Below, piece by piece: positions 8,501 to 17,900 of a DNA stretch of 55,736 nucleotides. Below the pieces are notes generated by a model that searched no databases, had not been told where the DNA came from, and saw only the letters and a list, made by a program, of their open reading frames with translations. This DNA is from a virus. The stretch lies in the IMG/VR virus record IMGVR_UViG_3300047163_000162, positions 1 to 55,736 of that record; one strand, given 5' to 3'. Position 1 is the first letter of the stretch. Each line of letters opens with the position of its first letter. The position numbers and the translations under genes are program-made.

Positions 8501-8851
8501 ATGCCGACTCCACCACTTCCGCAAAAAACTTTCTGGCTTACTACATTTCTCGACTCCCCCGCAAATCGAAGCGGCGTGGAGTACATTGTTATAACGGCTG
8601 CCGCGGCGGCTTGGCAGTGGTTCTTCCTGCATCAAGTACCGGCGCAGGTCGACCTCATCGGTATTGCGCTTGGCGTGCTGCGGATAGCGGCCCCTGACAA
8701 CACCGTTACTCAAGCACAAATGGGCAAGGTCATTGGTGACGTGCTGTTGGCGGTAAAGACTCCAACAGCCGAGACTGTGAAAACAGTCGTTACTGATGCT
8801 GAAACTGTTGCTGGCGAACTTAAATCTACGGAGACAAAAAATGTCGGTTGA
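8501..8851 (+). CDS. Membrane protein, possible holin (116 aa)
   Basis: ATG at 8501 with AAAGGAAA upstream. Two hydrophobic stretches (VEYIVITAAAAAWQWFFL, VDLIGIALGVLRIAA). It lies about 0.8 kb upstream of the endolysin. Confidence 0.4.
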   Translation: MPTPPLPQKTFWLTTFLDSPANRSGVEYIVITAAAAAWQWFFLHQVPAQVDLIGIALGVLRIAAPDNTVTQAQMGKVIGDVLLAVKTPTAETVKTVVTDAETVAGELKSTETKNVG

Positions 8852-9131
8852 ATCTGAAGTTACTTCTGCGCTGAGTGTTGCAACACAGGTTGCGGACGCT
8901 GTTGGTACGGTTGCGCCAGAGGCAGCAATTGCTGCTGGCGCACTAAATGCCGCAGATGTGGTTAATGCTGCGGTTGATGCAAACACTCAGCATCAAACAG
9001 CTCTTGCTACGACTGCAGCTGGTGTGGCGGCGCTGGCTTCGGCTCCGGCGGTGCAAGCAAATGCGCAAGCAAGCGCCCTCGCAGAAATTTTGGCTGCGTT
9101 GTTGGGGCTTTTTGCCCATATTCGGCTCTAG
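8841..9131 (+). CDS. Ala-rich hypothetical protein (96 aa)
   Basis: ATG at 8841 with GGAGA 6 nt upstream. An alternative ATG exists at 8796. The C-terminal LAEILAALLGLFAHI is hydrophobic. Confidence 0.4.
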   Translation: MSVESEVTSALSVATQVADAVGTVAPEAAIAAGALNAADVVNAAVDANTQHQTALATTAAGVAALASAPAVQANAQASALAEILAALLGLFAHIRL

Positions 9132-9141
9132 GAGACCTTCG

Positions 9142-9276
9142 ATGAAAGACGAGAAATTCACCAAAGGCATGTCAAAGAAGGGCAAGGAGGTCTTCAAAAA
9201 GGCCGATGCCAAGGATGACGCTAAGCTGGCGAAGAAGGTCAAGGCAATGCCTGGAGATAAAAAGAAAGCCAAGTAA
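9142..9276 (+). CDS. Lys-rich micro-protein (44 aa)
   Basis: ATG at 9142 with AGGAGA 6 nt upstream. MKDEKFTKGMSKKGKEVFKKADAKDDAKLAKKVKAMPGDKKKAK. Below the cutoff of the ORF track. Confidence 0.45.
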   Translation: MKDEKFTKGMSKKGKEVFKKADAKDDAKLAKKVKAMPGDKKKAK

Positions 9277-9382
9277 ATTCCAACCCACCAACAGGTAGCT
9301 GGGGGCAGAGCACAGCTCAAGCCTCTGGATGCAGGAAGAGGAGACCAGAGGTGGGCTGGTTTCCTTTTCTTGGAGAGATAAA

Positions 9383-9613
9383 ATGCCTTGGCAAACTATG
9401 CTTCAACTTAATCCACCGATTCCAGTTTATGTTATTGACCAAGGCGCAGGCTTTGCATATGGCTGGTTTGACATCTCGCAGGACCATGATACACTCTGGT
9501 TGGTTTGTTTTAATAAAACTGGAGAATGGTGGCAGGTGCCACAAAGTAAAATTCGTGGGGTTGAAAATAGATCGCTAGGGCGTGGTTCGCAAGGAGCTTT
9601 ATTTGATGAATGA
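9383..9613 (+). CDS. Hypothetical protein (76 aa)
   Basis: ATG at 9383 with GGAGAG upstream. The ORF track starts earlier, at 9329. Confidence 0.45.
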   Translation: MPWQTMLQLNPPIPVYVIDQGAGFAYGWFDISQDHDTLWLVCFNKTGEWWQVPQSKIRGVENRSLGRGSQGALFDE

Positions 9614-10058
9614 AATTAAAACACTGGCAGAATTAGTTGCAAAAGCAGAAAGTGGGGATAATCCCTGGGCAGTCCGCTTTGAGCCCCTTTGGCGAACGCA
9701 GCACTATCCGCTTATTGTTGGCGCTAATAAATGCAGTGCGGCTACTGCTTTGGTGCTTGGTGCGTGCTCTTGGGGTTTCTACCAAATCATGGGAGACAAT
9801 CTCTATGGCCTGGGGCTAAGTGTGCCTCTTGGGGCGTATATGGCTGATGCCGCTCTACAGGCTGAATTTTTTCAAAAATTTTGCACTGGTCGAGGAATTT
9901 TCATCTCCTTAGAGACATTTATTGGAAATGAGGCCCTGGCCCTTAATTTCTGCCACCATTACAATGGAGACGCCGAGAAGTACCATGCTTATCTATGGTC
10001 TTTGCTGGCGGCGGATGGATGGAAAAAACCTGGGGCCACGCCCCAGACTGTTACGTAA
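9606..10058 (+). CDS. Endolysin, N-acetylmuramidase-family-like (150 aa)
   Basis: ATG at 9606 with AAGGAG 9 nt upstream. AESGDNPWAVRFEP and SWGFYQIMGDNLYGLG resemble the E-S-G...FEP and S-x-G-x-x-Q-I-M-G signatures recalled for DUF3380/N-acetylmuramidase endolysins. Confidence 0.55.
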   Translation: MNEIKTLAELVAKAESGDNPWAVRFEPLWRTQHYPLIVGANKCSAATALVLGACSWGFYQIMGDNLYGLGLSVPLGAYMADAALQAEFFQKFCTGRGIFISLETFIGNEALALNFCHHYNGDAEKYHAYLWSLLAADGWKKPGATPQTVT

Positions 10059-10150
10059 GTATAAGATTGCACTAAGGGGCGAATGGCCCTTACGCTCTCT
10101 CTACCGCCGGGTTTGCCCTGGCATATTTTTACAACCATGAGGACAAAAAG

Positions 10151-10606
10151 ATGGCGGGATTTTCGACAAATGGACTTCCAGTTGCAACACAAGTAAACGG
10201 CGCGCTGCCGCTTACTGGCACAGAAGTTGCAGCTTTTGACACTCAGTTAATCGCTGGGCAAACTTTTGCCTCCGAGGCGCTTAGTGTTGGTATGGTGGCA
10301 AGCGGTCCTTGTGGTCTGGCAACAGTGGCTACCGGCAACACGGTAACGCTTGCGGGGTCGTTAACCTCGGGTGTCTTCCCAGCGGCTGCGGCAACCTTGG
10401 CGGCGTTAGGCATTGTGCTTAGCCCGGCCTATGAGGGCATTGAGCAGCGGCTGGTGATTCAGCCAGTGGTAACGGCGCTGACGATTACCTCTGGGACAAA
10501 TGCTGTAGGGGCTACGCCAACCATTAATGGCGCCCCAACGGCGGGTGCGGGCAATACCTCGTATTTGTTTAAATATCGTGGCGGTGCTTGGTATCGGGCG
10601 CAGTAA
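10151..10606 (+). CDS. Hypothetical (structural?) protein (151 aa)
   Basis: ATG at 10151 with GAGGA upstream. Ala/Thr/Gly-rich and beta-like. Followed by a terminator. Confidence 0.55.
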   Translation: MAGFSTNGLPVATQVNGALPLTGTEVAAFDTQLIAGQTFASEALSVGMVASGPCGLATVATGNTVTLAGSLTSGVFPAAAATLAALGIVLSPAYEGIEQRLVIQPVVTALTITSGTNAVGATPTINGAPTAGAGNTSYLFKYRGGAWYRAQ

Positions 10607-10613
10607 GCAAAGT

Positions 10614-10651
10614 CCCACATGTGGTTGAACCACATGTGGGACAAGTTTTTT
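10614..10651 (+). terminator. 27-bp palindromic element, copy 1 (A/A), plus T-run: rho-independent terminator
   Basis: CCCACATGTGG-TTGAA-CCACATGTGGG (10614-10640) has a perfect 11-bp stem. It is followed by acaagTTTTTTct. Confidence 0.6.
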
Positions 10652-10682
10652 CTCTGTTCCAAAGGTCCCTCCCTTCTTGGAA

Positions 10683-11975
10683 ATGAACATCCAACTCCCG
10701 GAAAAAGCTAAAATTCTCTTCCAGCCGAAGAGATATAAGATACTCTATGGCGGCCGCGGGAGCGCAAAAAGTACCAGTTGTGCTGTGGCAATGTTGGCGA
10801 AGGGGGTAGAGCGCCCCCTTCGTTGTCTGTGCGCCCGACAGTTGCAAACCTCTATCGCCGAGTCCGTGCACAAGCTGCTGCAGGACTGCATTAACGATAT
10901 GGGTCTTAGCCACTTCTACGAAGTTCAGCGGGATAAGATCATTGGCTTAAATGGCACCTCGATTGTTTTTGAGGGAATTCACAGAAATGTGAGCAAGATC
11001 AAGTCCATGCAGGGTATTGATATCTGCTGGGTAGAAGAGGCGGAGAAGGTCACGGAAGAAAGTTGGAGTGTACTTACGCCAACTATCCGAAAGGACGGCA
11101 GTGAGATCTGGATTACGTTTAATCCAGAGCTGGAAGAAGACCCAACATATGTTCGGTTCATAAAAAATCCGCCGAAGGAGTCATTGGCAGTTTTTATGAA
11201 CTGGAGTGATAATCCCTGGTTTCCAGAGTCGCTTAGCCGGGAGATGGAAGAGCTTCGGGAACGGAACTATGAGGACTATCTCCATGTCTATGGGGGCCAG
11301 TGCATTAAGAATGTTTCTGGCGCAGTGTATGGTGGGGAGCTGATTGATGCGAAGAATGAGGGCAGGATTCGGGAGGTCCGTTACGACCAGAGCCTTCCTG
11401 TGGATGCTTTCTTCGACCTCGGCTGGGCGGACTCTACTACCATCTGGCTTGCGCAGAAGGTTGACATGGAGTACAGGATTCTCGAATACATCGAGGACTC
11501 CCAGAAGCCGATTGGTTTTTACCTGAAAGTCTTGGAGAACAAGCGCTACCGCTACGGCACGTTCTGGCTCCCGCATGACGCGAAGGCACATGAGAAGGGC
11601 AGTGGGTTGTCGGTGGAAGAGATCGTCCGCAATGCTGGCAAGCACGTAAGGATCGTGCCGAAGCTCTCCATCGACGATGGTATCAATGCCGCAAGAACTA
11701 TCTTTCCTAACTGCTTTTTCGACGAAAACAAGTGCGTGGATGGGCTTAATGCTCTGCGGCATTACCGCTATGAGATCGGCAAGAAAGATGGCAGCCCCTC
11801 GCGTCAGCCTGTACATGACTGGGCCTCGCATGGAAGTGATGCGTTCAGGTATCTGGCTATTGCGCTGAAGGCCCCTAAAAAGGAAAAAAGCAAAGTGGCG
11901 GAGTTAGCGGAAAAGATTCAAAAACGTTTTCAGGGTGCGCCGAATCGGCAGCCAGCAGCGTGGATGGGAAATTAA
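10683..11975 (+). CDS. terL: Terminase large subunit
   Basis: ATG at 10683 (the ORF track begins at TTG 10677). Walker A ILYGGRGSAKSTS, Walker B/catalytic Glu DICWVEEAEKV, and nuclease-half motifs WLPHDA and HDWASHGSDAFRY. Confidence 0.9.
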   Translation: MNIQLPEKAKILFQPKRYKILYGGRGSAKSTSCAVAMLAKGVERPLRCLCARQLQTSIAESVHKLLQDCINDMGLSHFYEVQRDKIIGLNGTSIVFEGIHRNVSKIKSMQGIDICWVEEAEKVTEESWSVLTPTIRKDGSEIWITFNPELEEDPTYVRFIKNPPKESLAVFMNWSDNPWFPESLSREMEELRERNYEDYLHVYGGQCIKNVSGAVYGGELIDAKNEGRIREVRYDQSLPVDAFFDLGWADSTTIWLAQKVDMEYRILEYIEDSQKPIGFYLKVLENKRYRYGTFWLPHDAKAHEKGSGLSVEEIVRNAGKHVRIVPKLSIDDGINAARTIFPNCFFDENKCVDGLNALRHYRYEIGKKDGSPSRQPVHDWASHGSDAFRYLAIALKAPKKEKSKVAELAEKIQKRFQGAPNRQPAAWMGN

Positions 11976-11978
11976 ACC

Positions 11979-14117
11979 ATGGATGACGTCAATCCGACAA
12001 GTGCTGAGGCAGATACAGCTAGCATCTGGCAGGACCCAGTGATCTTGGAGGCTCAGGAGCGTTTTAGGCTTTGTGAGATGTGGGAGGCGGAAGCGCAGAA
12101 GCGCTGGCAAGATGATTACAAATTTGCTGTTGCAGACCCGTACAATGGCTACCAGTGGCCAAATGACATTCGGCGTCAACGAGATGTGGATGAGCGCCCC
12201 TGCCTTACGATCAACCGCGTTCGGCAGCATAATTTGCTGATTATAAATAATCTCCGGCGGAGTTGCCCGTCGGTGGAGTATCATGCAGCTGGCGGTGGAG
12301 CGACAAAGGAGTCTGCGGAGATCTGGCAGGACCTCGCACGAAGCATTCAGTATCGGTCCAACGCCAAGGAAGTCTACGGTCTCGCCATTGACCACATGGT
12401 CAAAGCTGGGCTTGGCTACTGGCTTGTTACAACGGATTATGCCGATCAGGTCTCCATGAATCAGGAGATAATTCTCGAACCGATTCCTGATCCACTTGGG
12501 GTTTACTGCGATCCAGACACCCAACAGAAAGACCGCTCTGACATGCGGTTTGGTTTTGTTTTCAAAAACCTAGCCAGAGATCAATTCGAGCGGGAGTATC
12601 CTGACTACATTGAAGAGGCCGGAAGAACGGCGCTAGGTAATGGTGAGGGCTGGCTTGACCAAGACCATGTTCGAGTTGCCCGGTACTACCGAAGAACAGA
12701 AGAAAAAGACGAACTTTTGCTCTATCCAAATACGCTCTCTGGTAAAATGGAGACTGTAACAAGGTCCAAGCAGTTGCCAGAAACTTGGGATGAGTTAAGT
12801 TCTCGTCCTGGGGCGCGCAAGCGTACAATTACAGATTCCAAAGTTGAATGGTTTCTGATAATTGGAGAGACTGTCGTCAAGGAAAACATCTGGCCTGGGA
12901 AGACAATTCCAATTGTGGCGTTGCCGGGAGAGGAGCATGTAATTGATGGAATCATAGACCGAATCGGGCATACAAGGGCAATGCTTGATGCACAGCGGAT
13001 TTACAACTACTGGACCTCTTCCGCGGTTGAGCACGTCGCGTTGCAAAGTAAGGTTCCTTGGATTATAGCCTCGGAAGCGATTGAGGGCTATGAGGACATG
13101 TGGGGCACGGCAAACACAGAGAACTATGCCTATTTGCCATACAATGCCAGAGGGGAGGATCAGGAGCAAAATCCTGTTCCTACAAGGCTGCCACCTCCCA
13201 TCATGCCACAGGCGTATATCCAGGGGATGCAGGTCGCACAAAATGAAATGATGATGGTCTCTGGCCAGCATGAAGCAGAGTTTGGTCAGCAAACGCCAGA
13301 GCGCTCTGGCGTTGCTATTCAGGAGCGGCAAGAGCAGAGCGACAACGCTACGTTTCACTTCGCAGAAAGCCTTGCCTGTGCAATACGTTACACCGGGAAG
13401 ATTATTCTTGACGTTGCTCCGCATATCTATGACGTGCCACAACTAAGGCAGATTATGGGAGAAGATGGGCAAGAGTACGAGGTCATGGTCGATCCTGGAG
13501 CAGCAAAAGCGCATCAGCAAAAAACCAACGCTATTGATCGAAGCCTTCAGGTCATATTTAATCCTACTGTTGGTCAGTATAATGTCCGGGCAAGCGAGGG
13601 CCAGGACTATGGCACAAGACGCCAAGCTGCGCAGCAGGCATTGCTTACGCTCATGACACAAGCTCCTCAACTGACTCCGGTTATCGCCGACCTTATGGTC
13701 GCGGCGTCGGATTGGCCGATGAGTGATGAAGCAGCCGAGCGGTTGAAGAGAATGGTCCCGCCACAGGCTCTTGGTAAACTTCCTCCACAAGAAATCCAGG
13801 CTATGCAGAAGCAAATCTCAGACCTTACAAAACAACTTGCCCAGGCAGAAACTACAATCATGCAGCACAGGCTGCAAAAGGAAAACAAGCAGGGCGAGGC
13901 TGTTGTGGATATGTATAAGGCGGAAACGGATAGGATTAAGGTTACTGGAGAGCATCTGCGGGATGCTGCGAGCTTGGAGCATGATGTAATGAGTGGTGTG
14001 GCCCAAATGGAAATGGAGATGCAGCAGAGTGCAGCAGCACAAGGAAACGCCGCTGGGGGCCAAGGAATGGCCGGTGCAGCAACGCCCCAACCAGCATCGG
14101 CTGGACTCCCGCAGTAA
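11979..14117 (+). CDS. Portal protein (712 aa)
   Basis: Immediately downstream of TerL, with the size and helical Gln/Ala-rich C-terminal tail typical of podovirus portals. The call is positional plus compositional. Confidence 0.75.
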   Translation: MDDVNPTSAEADTASIWQDPVILEAQERFRLCEMWEAEAQKRWQDDYKFAVADPYNGYQWPNDIRRQRDVDERPCLTINRVRQHNLLIINNLRRSCPSVEYHAAGGGATKESAEIWQDLARSIQYRSNAKEVYGLAIDHMVKAGLGYWLVTTDYADQVSMNQEIILEPIPDPLGVYCDPDTQQKDRSDMRFGFVFKNLARDQFEREYPDYIEEAGRTALGNGEGWLDQDHVRVARYYRRTEEKDELLLYPNTLSGKMETVTRSKQLPETWDELSSRPGARKRTITDSKVEWFLIIGETVVKENIWPGKTIPIVALPGEEHVIDGIIDRIGHTRAMLDAQRIYNYWTSSAVEHVALQSKVPWIIASEAIEGYEDMWGTANTENYAYLPYNARGEDQEQNPVPTRLPPPIMPQAYIQGMQVAQNEMMMVSGQHEAEFGQQTPERSGVAIQERQEQSDNATFHFAESLACAIRYTGKIILDVAPHIYDVPQLRQIMGEDGQEYEVMVDPGAAKAHQQKTNAIDRSLQVIFNPTVGQYNVRASEGQDYGTRRQAAQQALLTLMTQAPQLTPVIADLMVAASDWPMSDEAAERLKRMVPPQALGKLPPQEIQAMQKQISDLTKQLAQAETTIMQHRLQKENKQGEAVVDMYKAETDRIKVTGEHLRDAASLEHDVMSGVAQMEMEMQQSAAAQGNAAGGQGMAGAATPQPASAGLPQ

Positions 14118-14141
14118 CAACCAGCAAGGAAAGCCCTCTTG

Positions 14142-14447
14142 ATGAAAAATAGAATCATAGCTCCCCCCCGGCAGAAGAACATCATCGCACATGAGCTCGT
14201 GGCAAAAACTGCCAAAGACATGGCACATGAGGTATACGAAAACCTCGCTAAGGACAACCGCTTCTACGAGATGTATCCGTTGCGAAGCAACTGGGTGGAG
14301 CAGGCGTATCCAAGGTTTATAGAATATGCTCGGAAGGCTCTAGCGGAATTGCTGGGTAAGCCAGGGTTTCCAGAGGACCAGAAAGAGGTTATCTATCAGG
14401 CGTTAATACTGGATAGTAGTTTGCCAAGACACAGGGGGATGCACTGA
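14142..14447 (+). CDS. Hypothetical protein (101 aa)
   Basis: ATG at 14142 (the track starts at TTG 14139) with AAGGAAAG upstream. Confidence 0.5.
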   Translation: MKNRIIAPPRQKNIIAHELVAKTAKDMAHEVYENLAKDNRFYEMYPLRSNWVEQAYPRFIEYARKALAELLGKPGFPEDQKEVIYQALILDSSLPRHRGMH

Positions 14448-14683
14448 TGGAAAACACCGAAACAAAAACTATTATGGAAGAATGGGCTAAACAAGGCTTG
14501 CCTTATGTATATGATGTTCGGCTGGATGCTTTTCGTTTAGCTACGCAAGCAGATATTAATAGGTACGAAAAATTTTTTCGACTGTTTGGTTTTATGCTTG
14601 AGCCTCTTTTTTCTCCGCAGTTCAAAGAAGCACAAGATGAATGGCGAGCCTACAATAATCCCCCACCCACTGAGGAGTTTTAA
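14447..14683 (+). CDS. Hypothetical protein (78 aa)
   Basis: ATG overlaps the upstream TGA (TGATG), with GGGGGA upstream. Confidence 0.5.
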   Translation: MENTETKTIMEEWAKQGLPYVYDVRLDAFRLATQADINRYEKFFRLFGFMLEPLFSPQFKEAQDEWRAYNNPPPTEEF

Positions 14684-14685
14684 AA

Positions 14686-15489
14686 ATGCGTTTCCCCCAC
14701 CAATATGTGTTGCTGCGTAGTCCTGACGAGTCGGAGGGCGGCACACCCACGCCAGAGCCTGGCGGGACAGTTGCTCCGCCGGAGCCGGAGATGGAGTCTC
14801 CCGCTGCGGGCGCGGAAACAGTTGCCGGTGCTGGCGGCGTAGCCGCCCCTGAGCACAAACCCAAGCCACAAAAAGACTGGCGGGATGCTAGGATCGGTGA
14901 GGTTTCTGCAAGGCTCCGTCAAGAAGAGCGGCGCAGGCTTGAGCTGGAGCAGGAGGTCCAGCGGCTGCGGCAGCCACAGCAACAGCCTGCTGCGCAGCTT
15001 GGCGCACCTGCGGCGGCTGCTGGACTTTCCCCCGCTGAAGTTGATCGCCTTGCGGAGCAAAAAGCCCGTGAGATGGAGTTTACCCGCCAGTGCAACAATG
15101 CTTATTCTAGGGGCAAAGGCGAGTTTCAAGACTTCGACGCAAAACTTGCAGATGTCCAGCAGGCGGGTGGTTTTCCTCGGCAGTTGATTGAAGCTGCATT
15201 AGAACTCGAAGAAGACGGTGGTCTGCCTGTGCATACTACACTGTACAACCTTGCCACGGATCTTGATGAATTTACTAGAGTTAAAAACCTCAGCCCATCA
15301 AGGATGGCTGCGGCACTGATTCGGCTTGCAAATAAGTCCCCCGGCAAGCAAGTATCAAGTGCTCCTGAGCCTCCAGGTCGCCTAGCACGGGGTCCGGCAA
15401 CACCGCCGCAAAAAGACCCAGAGCAGATGCCGATGCGGGAATGGCTGGAGTGGCGAGAAAAGACCGCGCGAAAGGGTCGACGAGGCTAA
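14686..15489 (+). CDS. Scaffolding protein candidate (267 aa)
   Basis: GAGGAG 8 nt upstream of the ATG. Lies between portal and coat. Has a Pro/Glu/Ala-rich N-terminus and coiled-coil-like RLRQEERRRLELEQEVQRLRQ. Confidence 0.55.
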   Translation: MRFPHQYVLLRSPDESEGGTPTPEPGGTVAPPEPEMESPAAGAETVAGAGGVAAPEHKPKPQKDWRDARIGEVSARLRQEERRRLELEQEVQRLRQPQQQPAAQLGAPAAAAGLSPAEVDRLAEQKAREMEFTRQCNNAYSRGKGEFQDFDAKLADVQQAGGFPRQLIEAALELEEDGGLPVHTTLYNLATDLDEFTRVKNLSPSRMAAALIRLANKSPGKQVSSAPEPPGRLARGPATPPQKDPEQMPMREWLEWREKTARKGRRG

Positions 15490-15630
15490 GGCTTCGTAGC
15501 GTATTGGTGGAGTAGCTCTCTCCCGCCACCGGACTGCGTTAGGTTCGAGTTGCCCTAAAAATGACTTTGGGCAGGTCAGATTTAACCACTTCCGGTGGCT
15601 GTTTGCCACCTTTTTCCAAAGGACAATTTC

Positions 15631-16857
15631 GTGGCAAACTCACTTCTTACCATCAACATGATCACGCGGGAGGCGATCAAGCTCTTTCGCAACTCCAACG
15701 CTTTCATCATGGAAATCGACCGGCAGTATGATGACAGCTATGCAAAGACCGGGGCCAAGATTGGCACTGCGCTTCGCATTCGGCTGCCCAACGACTACAC
15801 CGTGCGGACTGGACCTGCTGCCCAGGTGCAAGACACGGCGGAAGTTAGCACTACGATGACGCTGGCAACCCAGCAGGGCGTGGACATTTCTTTCTCTACG
15901 GTTGACCGTACCATGAGCCTGGATGATTACTCCAGCCGTATACTTGCTCCGGCGGTTAACGCCCTTGGTGGCACTGTGGCAACCACAATCATGGGCGGAG
16001 TTGAGGGCGGTGTTTGCAACATTGCTGGCAATGTCATCGCCGGCGCTCCGGGCAACCCTTCTGTCGCAAATATCCTAAACGCCCGCACCCAGCTCATGAA
16101 TAACTCTGCTCCCAGCGGCAACCGCAAGCTGGTGACAAGCCCTGGCTCGAACGCGAATATCATTGCGCTGCTGTCAGGGCTTTTCAACCCACAGAGCACT
16201 GTGTCGAAGCAGTATGCTTCCGGCAAGATGCAAGAGGCGCTGGGTTTCGACTTTATGGAAGACCAGACTGTTATCAACCACGTCACAGGCACGCTGCCGC
16301 AAAATACCATGACGGTAAATGGTGCGGGGCAGACCGGCACCAGCCTTGTGGTCAATGCCGTAGCGTATACACTCAATGCTGGTGATATTATCACAATCGC
16401 CGGGGTGTATGGGGTTAACCGGATTACCAAGGCCACTCAGGCAACTCTACGCACCTTTGTAGTTACGGCAAATGTGGCTGCCAATGCAACCTCAATTCCG
16501 ATCTACCCAGCTATTGTTGCTCCGGTAACGCCTGGCATTCCGGTGCAGTATCAGACAGTGGCGGCCGCTCCAGCAAACGGCGCCGCGGTGAACTTTGCGC
16601 TGGGCCTGGGGGCTTCCCAGACCTACACTAAGAACATCGCATTTGTCCCAGAGGCCATTACCATGGCGACGGCGGACCTCGAACTGCCAAAGGGTGTCCA
16701 CGAGGCTTATCGGGAGAGTTTCGATGACATCTCTATGAGGATTATCACGGCGTACAACATCGCCACGGATCAAATGATTACTCGCTTGGACATCCTCTAC
16801 GGCTTTTTGTACATTCGGCCGGAATGGGCTGTGGCCCTCATCGATATACCAAGCTAG
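15631..16857 (+). CDS. Major capsid protein, P22-coat-family type
   Basis: GTG at 15631 with AAAGGA 7 nt upstream (the track begins at GTG 15595). VANSLLTINMITREAIKLFRNSNAFIMEIDRQYDDSYAKTGAKIGTALRIRLPNDYTV matches the recalled N-terminal pattern of P22-coat-like proteins (MANxxLTxxxItREAL...R.Y...F...GaKiGdT..IR.Pn.y.v). Confidence 0.8.
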   Translation: MANSLLTINMITREAIKLFRNSNAFIMEIDRQYDDSYAKTGAKIGTALRIRLPNDYTVRTGPAAQVQDTAEVSTTMTLATQQGVDISFSTVDRTMSLDDYSSRILAPAVNALGGTVATTIMGGVEGGVCNIAGNVIAGAPGNPSVANILNARTQLMNNSAPSGNRKLVTSPGSNANIIALLSGLFNPQSTVSKQYASGKMQEALGFDFMEDQTVINHVTGTLPQNTMTVNGAGQTGTSLVVNAVAYTLNAGDIITIAGVYGVNRITKATQATLRTFVVTANVAANATSIPIYPAIVAPVTPGIPVQYQTVAAAPANGAAVNFALGLGASQTYTKNIAFVPEAITMATADLELPKGVHEAYRESFDDISMRIITAYNIATDQMITRLDILYGFLYIRPEWAVALIDIPS

Positions 16858-16885
16858 AAGGAGCGCAAGCTCCTTCTTCTCTTCC
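16856..16885 (+). terminator. Terminator/attenuator after the capsid gene
   Basis: AGAAGGAGC-GCAA-GCTCCTTCT (9-bp stem, overlaps the TAG stop) followed by the T/C-rich tctcttcc. Confidence 0.5.
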
Positions 16886-16907
16886 ATAACAAAGGAACCC
16901 ACTTCCA

Positions 16908-17123
16908 ATGGCAAAACTTACTAGAGCCCCTACGATGTTCGACCACATCGACTTTCCAGATTATGTTTTTACCGAGTATCCCAAAATCCTCTATGCCCCT
17001 GATGGCGCTGGCATCAAAACCACAACGGTGGAAAGCCCCTCAGAAGAGCGTGCACTAGGTAAAGGTTGGTTCTCGACTCCAAAAGACGCTTTGGACGCTG
17101 CCGCTGCACCTCCTGCTAAATAA
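16908..17123 (+). CDS. Hypothetical protein (71 aa)
   Basis: ATG at 16908 with AAAGGAA upstream. Confidence 0.5.
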   Translation: MAKLTRAPTMFDHIDFPDYVFTEYPKILYAPDGAGIKTTTVESPSEERALGKGWFSTPKDALDAAAAPPAK

Positions 17124-17147
17124 TTCTTAATGTAGGAACTTTTTTTC

Positions 17148-17900
17148 ATGGCTGGTTTGCTAACCACTACCACTTGCACGGCAGGTGATATTATCAAACT
17201 GGCTTTGAAGGAATGTGGTGTTCTTGGCATAGGGCAAACGCCAGAGGCAGAAGATGTCTCCGATGCCTTTTTCAAGCTAAACATGATGATTGCTCAGTGG
17301 CAACGCCGCCGCTGGATGATCTGGCATCTTGTCAATATGGGCTACACTAGCCCAACGGGTGTGCAGAGCTATACGATTGGCCCTGGAGGAAATTTTCCTG
17401 TCAGCCAGCGCCCTGCAAAAATAGAATCTGCTTTCTTCCGGCAGGTTATACCAAACTCGCCAAATCCAATCGACTACCAGTTGACAATGTTGGATTCCTG
17501 GGAGGACTACAGCAAGATCTCGCTCAAGAGCTTGAGTTCTTTTCCGCAGTTTTTGTTCTACGATCCGGCGTATCCGCAAGGTGTGCTTTACCCCTGGCCG
17601 ATACCTGGGGCAAACTACTATGAGCTTTTTATAAACTTCACGGACACGCTGAATCAATTTACCTCGCTAACGGAGGTTCTTAACCTCCCTGGCGAGTACG
17701 TCGCTGCGATGTTTTACAACCTTGCACAGAGGTTGGCTCCCGGCTACGGCCTCCAGGTAAATCCTGAGACAAAACTTCAGGCGGCTGAGGGCATAATGAC
17801 CCTCAAGAAAGCCACTGGCGCTCAGGTGCCAAGGCTTTCCATGCCGATGGAGTTGATTCGTCCGGGGATTTACAACGTCTATTCTGATCAAATCCGATGA
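17148..17900 (+). CDS. Head-to-tail adaptor, P22 gp4-like
   Basis: GDIIKLALKECGVLGIGQTPEAEDVSDAFFKLNMMIAQW parallels the recalled P22 gp4 N-terminus (GDLVRAALRKLGV...D..DLEAMMAEW). Located after the coat gene. Confidence 0.55.
   Translation: MAGLLTTTTCTAGDIIKLALKECGVLGIGQTPEAEDVSDAFFKLNMMIAQWQRRRWMIWHLVNMGYTSPTGVQSYTIGPGGNFPVSQRPAKIESAFFRQVIPNSPNPIDYQLTMLDSWEDYSKISLKSLSSFPQFLFYDPAYPQGVLYPWPIPGANYYELFINFTDTLNQFTSLTEVLNLPGEYVAAMFYNLAQRLAPGYGLQVNPETKLQAAEGIMTLKKATGAQVPRLSMPMELIRPGIYNVYSDQIR

Noticed and set aside
11181-14257. Long - strand ORFs (216, 206, 215, 123, 196 aa) inside TerL and portal
   Set aside because: They are antisense shadows of confidently identified + strand genes.
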